Shown: piece by piece, positions 58,540-64,000 of the stretch
Layout of the letters: the number at the start of each line of letters is the position of its first letter
Numbering within the stretch: position 1 is the stretch's first letter
DNA from: a virus
Lineage: Duplodnaviria; Heunggongvirae; Uroviricota; Caudoviricetes
Length of the DNA: 64,000 nt
Strand: one strand, 5' to 3'
Virus record (IMG/VR): IMGVR_UViG_2778260992_000001
Translations under genes and position numbers: made by a program
The notes under the pieces: generated by a model
What the model saw: the letters and a program-made list of their open reading frames with translations, nothing else
What the model was told of the DNA's origin: nothing
The model's database searches: none

Positions 58540-59010
58540 GTGAAAGCTGATTTGTCAAAAATCCCTTCTATTTCAGGAAATAACGGTTATTCACTTCGTT
58601 GTGAGGAAGTAAAGATAAACGGTGAGTCGGCATATTGCAGCTATTCCGTTTGCCAGCACACCATTCTTGCCTTCAAAGAAAACCGTCTTCCTCGAACTTC
58701 TTTCCAGTCGTGCGCAACCGCTATTAAAGCAGGCAAATGTAAGGCGTTAAAAATGATGGTTGAAGAGATTCGTAAAGGAGAATCTCTGTATTTCGCAGAT
58801 ATGACCGCACTCATTAAGGAGGTTGAAGAACGGAATAAACAAGCCAGATCTATAAAACGAAAACGTGACAGTGTAACGATTAATAGCATGGTTAAGAAGA
58901 GCGCCACATCACAAACAGCGATCACTGACGTGTATGCGGCGTTGCTTGAAGAAACAACAAAAGAAACACATGAGCAAATCGATCAACATATGGAGGCAAA
59001 ACAACAATGA
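58540..59010 (+). CDS. hypothetical Cys-rich protein
   Basis: GTG start; N-terminal C-x-x-x-C/C-Q-H cysteines; overlaps ligase start. Confidence 0.4.
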   Translation: MKADLSKIPSISGNNGYSLRCEEVKINGESAYCSYSVCQHTILAFKENRLPRTSFQSCATAIKAGKCKALKMMVEEIRKGESLYFADMTALIKEVEERNKQARSIKRKRDSVTINSMVKKSATSQTAITDVYAALLEETTKETHEQIDQHMEAKQQ

Positions 59011-60329
59011 AAAAGTTGATCGCACTTAAGCATAAGCTGGACGAAATGAAAGCTATGGGAACCAATGCAAAAAAAGAGGCATTGGCCAACATGGATGACT
59101 TTGAACAAAGCATGGTTTCATTGATGCTCAACCCTTTCATCCGTTTTGGGGTAAAGAAATACAAAGTGGCAGAGCCGCTTAGTGAGTCCGTCCCAAGTGA
59201 CGAAAAAGCCATTGATGTACTGAATAAGCTGGCCTCTCGCGAGCTGACGGGGAACGCAGCAATAGCTGCTGTTGAGTCTATCGTGGCGTCAATGTGCGCC
59301 GATGGGCAGGACGTGTTCCGTCGTTTCCTCTTAAAAGACCCGAAAGCGGGTGTTGGGATTAGCCTATGCAACAAGGTTTTTGAAAATCCCATTCCGAAAT
59401 TCGAGGTGCAGCTGGCGTCACCGTATAAAGAAAAAGGCGACAAATACCCCTTCAAGCCAAACCCTAAAGCAAAATGGCCGATGATTGGCAGCCTTAAGCT
59501 CGATGGTTTGCGAGTAATTTGCGAGGTTATTGTTGACGAAGAAGAGGTTAACTTCCTTTCTCGTACTGGTAATCCAATCACGTCTCTCGATCACCTAAAG
59601 CCAGCCATGCTCGAATTAGGCAAACTTTCAGGCCACAAACACATCTTCTTCGATGGTGAAGGCACAGCCGGTTCATTTAACCAGTCCGTATCTGCATTGC
59701 GCAAAAAGAACGTGCAGGCAATTGGCGCTATTTATCATGTTTTCGACTTCTTCCTACCGGAATGGCGAGCACAGGCTAAATCCAAAGAGTATGCAAAGAC
59801 ATGTATGAAGCTGAAAGAGCGCCTGGCTATGCTCGTGGCGTTGTTCAAAAACGATCGCAGTGAAGGCTACGCACAAGACATTCACCTGCATCCGTTCTAC
59901 ATCATCCATAGCCACGAAGACTTCATCGAACGCTTCATGAAACGCCTGGACGATAACGAAGAAGGGGAGATGGGCAAAGATCCGAACTCTGTTTACGAGT
60001 TTAAACGTACCCGCAGCTGGTGGAAGTTAAAAGACGAAGATTCAGAAGATGGTGAAATTATCGATTTTGAGCCGGGCGACCCGGACTCTGGTTTTGCCAA
60101 CACGCTTGGAAAAATTGTTATTCGTCTTGAAAACGGCGTCATCGTTCGTGCGAGCGGCATTAAGCATAAATATCTGGACGAGATCTGGAACAACAAAGAG
60201 AAGTACCGTGGTCGCATTGTCGAGGTTCATTGTCACGAGAAAACACCTGATGGCAGCTTACGCCACCCACGACTGAAATGGCCGCGTTGCTTACGCGATA
60301 CCGAAGATCGAATCGGAGATAAAGAATGA
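59007..60329 (+). CDS. ATP-dependent DNA ligase
   Basis: Adenylation motif I KLDGLR (Lys in KxDG) and downstream nucleotidyltransferase-like motifs; 440 aa. Confidence 0.8.
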   Translation: MKKLIALKHKLDEMKAMGTNAKKEALANMDDFEQSMVSLMLNPFIRFGVKKYKVAEPLSESVPSDEKAIDVLNKLASRELTGNAAIAAVESIVASMCADGQDVFRRFLLKDPKAGVGISLCNKVFENPIPKFEVQLASPYKEKGDKYPFKPNPKAKWPMIGSLKLDGLRVICEVIVDEEEVNFLSRTGNPITSLDHLKPAMLELGKLSGHKHIFFDGEGTAGSFNQSVSALRKKNVQAIGAIYHVFDFFLPEWRAQAKSKEYAKTCMKLKERLAMLVALFKNDRSEGYAQDIHLHPFYIIHSHEDFIERFMKRLDDNEEGEMGKDPNSVYEFKRTRSWWKLKDEDSEDGEIIDFEPGDPDSGFANTLGKIVIRLENGVIVRASGIKHKYLDEIWNNKEKYRGRIVEVHCHEKTPDGSLRHPRLKWPRCLRDTEDRIGDKE

Positions 60330-60541
60330 TCGTATTAAGTAAACGGGAGAAAGAAACGCTTCATGAAATTAGTAAGTGGCCGGAGTTCCCTGAGTACTGG
60401 AAGCCTAAAACGCGAGCTAAGTTAGAGCGTTTAGGGTTGGTTGCAAACGTTTCTGAAACGTGGTGCTCGGCCAACTACCAGTTAACTGATAAAGGGAAAT
60501 TATTGCTACAGCAATTAGTAGAATCAGGAGCCTTTAAATGA
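60326..60541 (+). CDS. hypothetical small protein
   Basis: Coupled start. Confidence 0.4.
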   Translation: MIVLSKREKETLHEISKWPEFPEYWKPKTRAKLERLGLVANVSETWCSANYQLTDKGKLLLQQLVESGAFK

Positions 60542-60690
60542 TTCCATACATCTCATTGGCTTTTATGGCTGGCTTCCTTATCGGCTTCGGCATCTGTCGT
60601 GATTTGATTAAGCAGGAACTTAAAACCAAAACACTGTGCATCGGGAAGCGTGTGTATCGGGTAGTTCATGAAACAAAGGTGAGAACATGA
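60538..60690 (+). CDS. hypothetical small membrane protein (50 aa)
   Basis: Manually read ORF with hydrophobic N-terminus ISLAFMAGFLIGFGI; coupled to neighbours. Confidence 0.3.
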   Translation: MIPYISLAFMAGFLIGFGICRDLIKQELKTKTLCIGKRVYRVVHETKVRT

Positions 60691-60977
60691 GCAATTTAAC
60701 TTCTTGGGACTGGTGGTTGGTACACTATTTCTTAGCGGCCGGAGTCGCATTCGCCTTTTACGTAGGTCAGTTAGTCGTAAAACTGTTGCTGATTAAATTT
60801 GCTAGTCATAAACGTATCGATGATGGTCTGTGGCGTCTTGGCACCCTGGTGGAAACTCGCTACGGGCAACTTAAGGAGAACGAAACCATTACTATCCAAG
60901 CGAAACGATTCACTGCCACCATCACAAGAACACCTAGTCGTAGAGTGGCCTTGATCAAAAAAGTCACAACCGAATAA
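60687..60977 (+). CDS. hypothetical membrane protein
   Basis: N-terminal TM WWLVHYFLAAGVAFAFYVG. Confidence 0.45.
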   Translation: MSNLTSWDWWLVHYFLAAGVAFAFYVGQLVVKLLLIKFASHKRIDDGLWRLGTLVETRYGQLKENETITIQAKRFTATITRTPSRRVALIKKVTTE

Positions 60978-60986
60978 AAACATATC

Positions 60987-61008
60987 GATAAGTATTTACT
61001 TACTTATC
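60987..61008. promoter_or_regulatory. class-2 palindrome
   Basis: GATAAGTATTTACTTACTTATC (8-bp arms). Confidence 0.5.
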
Positions 61009-61152
61009 TTTTGTGTATAAGATGACTTTGTTTTCGTTGAGACGCGACTGTTTGAACTTAAATACAAGTGCAAACGAAGAAGTCTATCTGGCAGTAGCCT
61101 AATAAGCCAAACACCAGCGAGGTCAGTTTCCAGCCTCGTTACCGAAATGGGA

Positions 61153-61500
61153 CACACTGAGCGAGTGTGATTGCAGAACGCAGGAGGGAACATGAGTGTT
61201 CCCTCCGATGAAGTAACAGAATGGGCGGTCGGTATATTTTCAACTCCATATGACTCCCGGATTCTTAGCCACTGACCGCCCATCCTGTTACGTCATTTTG
61301 TTCAATTATGTCGTTTATACTGGGTTAAAAAGCGGCGACGTAGCCCGGCTGGTATGGTTAGCCAGCACACAACGTTGAGGCCATTACATTTTTATCAATT
61401 CTAAGGTTCTATTCACAGAGATACCGGCGAGCGTTGATATGTAACATGTTGGGCAAACATTCAATCGGAGTAGTGGCCTCAACGTTGTGAAGACAGGATT
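61153..61500 (+). ncRNA. candidate structured RNA region (strand and function unknown)
   Basis: Nested perfect stems at 61183-61206, 61215-61230/61274-61289 and 61368-61382/61475-61489 in an ORF-free stretch. Confidence 0.35.
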
Positions 61501-61753
61501 GTTGTGTAGGTTTAACCACTGTTGCCATTGGTGCCTGTTTTCACAACAAATGATTCCATACATCACATTATATAAATTACAAAGTAGGTGCTGTCCTCAG
61601 AAACATCATCTACTTAAAGATTTAGCCTTCTATTGAGCGAAGTCGAAAGCGTCTGGCACTAACGAAAAGTGCAAGTAGCGGTGCGTTTCCTGGCAGAAAC
61701 TAACACCGCCGCGATTGGCACTGTTGAGTAATAAATACTGTCAGTGCTGAATT

Positions 61754-61828
61754 GATGGTGTAGCTCAGCGGTAGAGCAGTTGGCTGTTAACCAACTGGTC
61801 GGTGGTTCGAATCCACCCACCATCGCCA
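61754..61828 (+). tRNA. tRNA-Asn (GUU)
   Basis: Manual cloverleaf: 7-bp acceptor GATGGTG/CACCATC, anticodon loop CTGTTAA, T-loop GGTTCGAATCC, 3' CCA; differs from E. coli tRNA-Asn. Confidence 0.8.
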
Positions 61829-61833
61829 ATTTA

Positions 61834-61920
61834 GGGGAGTTAGTCCGTAGAGGTAGCGGTGTAGACTGTAAATCTACTGTCATGGCGACTCGGGTGGTTC
61901 GACTCCATCACTCCCCACCA
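61834..61920 (+). tRNA. tRNA-Tyr (GUA), class II
   Basis: Acceptor GGGGAGT/ACTCCCC, anticodon stem-loop GTAGA-CTGTAAA-TCTAC, long variable arm, 3' CCA. Confidence 0.75.
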
Positions 61921-61924
61921 AATT

Positions 61925-62000
61925 GCCGGTTTAGCTCAGTTGGTAGAGCAGTCGCTTTGTAAGCGAATGGCCAGCGGTTCGAGTCCGTTAACCGGCACCA
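61925..62000 (+). tRNA. tRNA-Thr (UGU)
   Basis: Acceptor GCCGGTT/AACCGGC, D-arm GCTC..GAGC, anticodon loop TTTGTAA, T-loop TTCGAGT, CCA; one G-A mismatch at top of anticodon stem. Confidence 0.65.
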
Positions 62001-62224
62001 ATACAACGATAAGATCATTACGGTTAATCGTCGTTCATGTGCACAATGACTGGTCGAAAGGTAGTGATCTTACCGTTGTGGTGGATTCGCAGACTGATGC
62101 GATAGCTTTCTTGGATGTTAGGGAAATGCGGCCGCAAATCTTCCCTTTCGCGAGCGGTGATCGTCCGTAGTCCTAATTGGCTGCACCGTATGCCGGAGAT
62201 TCAGTACCGGCCACCACAACGGCC

Positions 62225-62311
62225 GGAGAGTAGGGAGCATGGTGCTCAAGCGGTCTTGAAAACCGTCCCATTGCGCAAGCGATGATGGTTCGATTCCATT
62301 ACTCTCCGCCA
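62225..62311 (+). tRNA. tRNA-Ser (UGA), class II (D-arm irregular)
   Basis: Acceptor GGAGAGT/ACTCTCC, anticodon stem-loop GCGGT-CTTGAAA-ACCGT, long variable arm, T-arm GATGG-TTCGATT-CCATT, CCA. Confidence 0.6.
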
Positions 62312-62313
62312 GA

Positions 62314-62391
62314 CACAGCGTTGAGCGGTTTGGCCTTTTAATCAACTCGATTAAGACTCCGCTAACATAAACCAGACCGCTCAACGCTGTG
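62314..62391. repeat. 16-bp perfect inverted repeat CACAGCGTTGAGCGGT / ACCGCTCAACGCTGTG
   Basis: Starts 3 nt after tRNA-Ser; arm sequence resembles the 61368/61475 inverted repeat. Confidence 0.7.
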
Positions 62392-62465
62392 ATAGACAAT
62401 TACGGCAGACGTTCTTAACCATAGCTTGCTAACATCCTAGCAACACTTTTTTCAGCGCAAAATTC

Positions 62466-62488
62466 AAAGGGGCTTCGGCCCCTTTTTT
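62466..62488. terminator. bidirectional rho-independent terminator GGGGC-TTCG-GCCCC plus T6
   Basis: Terminates rightward tRNA transcript; also lies just past stop of leftward gene 62504..63766. Confidence 0.8.
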
Positions 62489-62503
62489 GTTGAACAGTGC
62501 AAT

Positions 62504-63766
62504 TTACTTTACATAGTCGCCCAGTTTTAATATTTCGCGCTTATATTCTTTAACCATGCTACTGGATTCAGTATAAATTCGATTTAAAAGATTATCGCTA
62601 TCTTTATTCTCATTTATCTTAATGAGTGATAATTTAAATTCATAGTCATCAAATGCCACAATCAAATGGTGGCCTGGGATTATATCTTCGTCACTCTTGA
62701 AGTATATATCTTCAAGTATGTAATCTAGTTGATTATATTTTCTTTTCTCGATGTAATCTTCAGCCATAGCTATTACATCATTCCTGTCATTTAACCTGTT
62801 TTTTTCGGAAGGCACATCTTCGTAATGTTGCACGATTGAACAACCAATAAGGCGTGGGATGTAAACGTCAAAATGAGTAACTCTATCATTCGCGGTTTTA
62901 AGTAGTTCCTCAAAGTAGTTTCTTACATGTAAAGGCAACTTCTCAAAGTAATCATTAATTATAGGAGAACAAGGAGTTTTATAATTCATAAGAACCGACG
63001 GTACGAGCTTTGGGTTTCGAAACATCCAGTCCCTTTTAACGTCCGATGGAACATAATAACTTTTAATGATATTATCAAAATAATTTATCATTCGAGATTT
63101 GAATATTTTGTTGAATCTAAGGTTTATGAATGCATCCAGATAAGGCATATCTGAATAAGCATCATCAAAAAATATTTCATCATTGAAAAAATCATATTTA
63201 TTCAATAAACAACACAGTTTTCCCGAATTAATATGTTCACAATAATCGATTTTTAATCCAAAGATAGCAATGATCAACTTCATCTGAGGTGGGATTTTGA
63301 AAATTAATTGTGACACATACGCTCTTTTTTCCTTTAGACATTCCCCATCAATATAAAATGAACTATCCACATACTCAAAAATATTAATAATATGCTTCAC
63401 ATACTGTATTACCTCATGCTGTTTTACCAATGGGTAATATAGTCTATGTAACTCATCGCTGTTTAAATTAACTTTGCGTTTATCGATAATTTGTTTTGCA
63501 AGAAGACATAGCTCATCATGTTGATTTAATAAGGAATCAAACCATTGTTTAAATGCACTCTTTCGCATTTCGAACAATGATTCTGTTGTTAATTGAAGGG
63601 CTGAAAAAGCTGCTTTTGCACTTTTTCTCGCTTCGTAGGCATTCCATGCTGTTGCTATAAAAGCAAATGCTGTAGCCAATGTTCCAACAATTTGACCATT
63701 TAAAACAACCCAATCCCAAAAAATCACGGTGAGCAGTAGTATAATAATGAAAATTAAAAAAGGCAT
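62504..63766 (-). CDS. AT-rich membrane-anchored protein of unknown function (420 aa)
   Basis: Two N-terminal TM helices then about 340-aa soluble domain; very AT-rich codon usage unlike flanking DNA; no recombinase or NTPase motifs seen. Confidence 0.6.
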   Translation of the reverse strand: MPFLIFIIILLLTVIFWDWVVLNGQIVGTLATAFAFIATAWNAYEARKSAKAAFSALQLTTESLFEMRKSAFKQWFDSLLNQHDELCLLAKQIIDKRKVNLNSDELHRLYYPLVKQHEVIQYVKHIINIFEYVDSSFYIDGECLKEKRAYVSQLIFKIPPQMKLIIAIFGLKIDYCEHINSGKLCCLLNKYDFFNDEIFFDDAYSDMPYLDAFINLRFNKIFKSRMINYFDNIIKSYYVPSDVKRDWMFRNPKLVPSVLMNYKTPCSPIINDYFEKLPLHVRNYFEELLKTANDRVTHFDVYIPRLIGCSIVQHYEDVPSEKNRLNDRNDVIAMAEDYIEKRKYNQLDYILEDIYFKSDEDIIPGHHLIVAFDDYEFKLSLIKINENKDSDNLLNRIYTESSSMVKEYKREILKLGDYVK

Positions 63767-64000
63767 GTATGTATTTCACTCTACTAACTATAAAATATTA
63801 GGGTAATGTTAACCAAACAATGCCTTAATTAATAGATTGATCGAGGCTTTAATAGCTTTATAATGCAGACTGCAATGATAAGTATGCACATACCTATCTT
63901 CTTTGTAAGTAAAGTTGCATATCGGGGGTCTACGCCGGAACCGCCGAAATTTCCGGCCTGTGATTTTTAGTGGTCCTTCGGTACTTCAATAACTCCATCA

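Larger units (their letters stand above)
6757..62488. mobile_element. siphovirus-type phage genome (prophage or phage-plasmid-like); boundaries approximate
   Basis: Contiguous terminase, portal, capsid, lambda-like tail, lysis, partition, replication and tRNA modules; phage-specific motifs start at 6757; plus-strand terminator at 62466-62488. Confidence 0.8.

Noticed and set aside
60996-61883. Track ORFs 60996..61283, 61384..61566 and 61659..61883 on the minus strand
   Set aside because: They overlap the structured noncoding region and the tRNA-Asn and tRNA-Tyr genes; no ribosome-binding sites.
62001-62224. Fifth tRNA between tRNA-Thr and tRNA-Ser
   Set aside because: No T-loop or acceptor pairing found; track ORF 61940..62170 here overlaps tRNA-Thr and is probably spurious.
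6757-63766. Integrase or recombinase gene
   Set aside because: No ORF showed tyrosine recombinase (R..H-x-x-R..Y) or serine recombinase motifs; gene 62504..63766 is a membrane protein without such motifs.

Overview
The window reads as an Escherichia-type chromosomal context. Host genes apbC(mrp) and metG sit at 3.4-6.7 kb. To their left is a short prophage-like operon of five coupled ORFs and an orphan umuD'-like gene with a LexA box. To their right is a ~56 kb siphovirus-type genome (about 6.76-62.5 kb). It carries an array of small early genes, an AT-rich leftward accessory block with an SF2 helicase, two ParB-fold proteins plus an ABC-type ATPase, terminase/portal/capsid, a lambda-like tail module with central and side tail fibres, a lysis cassette, a ParA/ParG-like partition pair, DnaB-like helicase, primase, ATP-dependent DNA ligase and four non-host tRNAs. 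I found no integrase and no att direct repeats, so the integration state (integrated prophage, phage-plasmid, or chimeric assembly) is unresolved. The most unusual sequence-level signals are two families of recurring palindromic motifs in front of operons, a 55-bp inverted-repeat pair 31.6 kb apart, two GGAAACGGC iteron arrays, a ~0.7 kb A+C-skewed noncoding stretch, and a structured noncoding region next to the tRNAs. The best candidates for an undescribed system are the ParB/ParB/ATPase cluster upstream of the terminase, the AT-rich accessory block at 13.3-16.4 kb, and the AT-rich membrane protein at 62.5-63.8 kb. All protein calls come from reading motifs in the translations by eye; no database search or folding was run, and the supplied ORF track often starts at TTG/GTG so several starts were moved to the first ATG with a Shine-Dalgarno.
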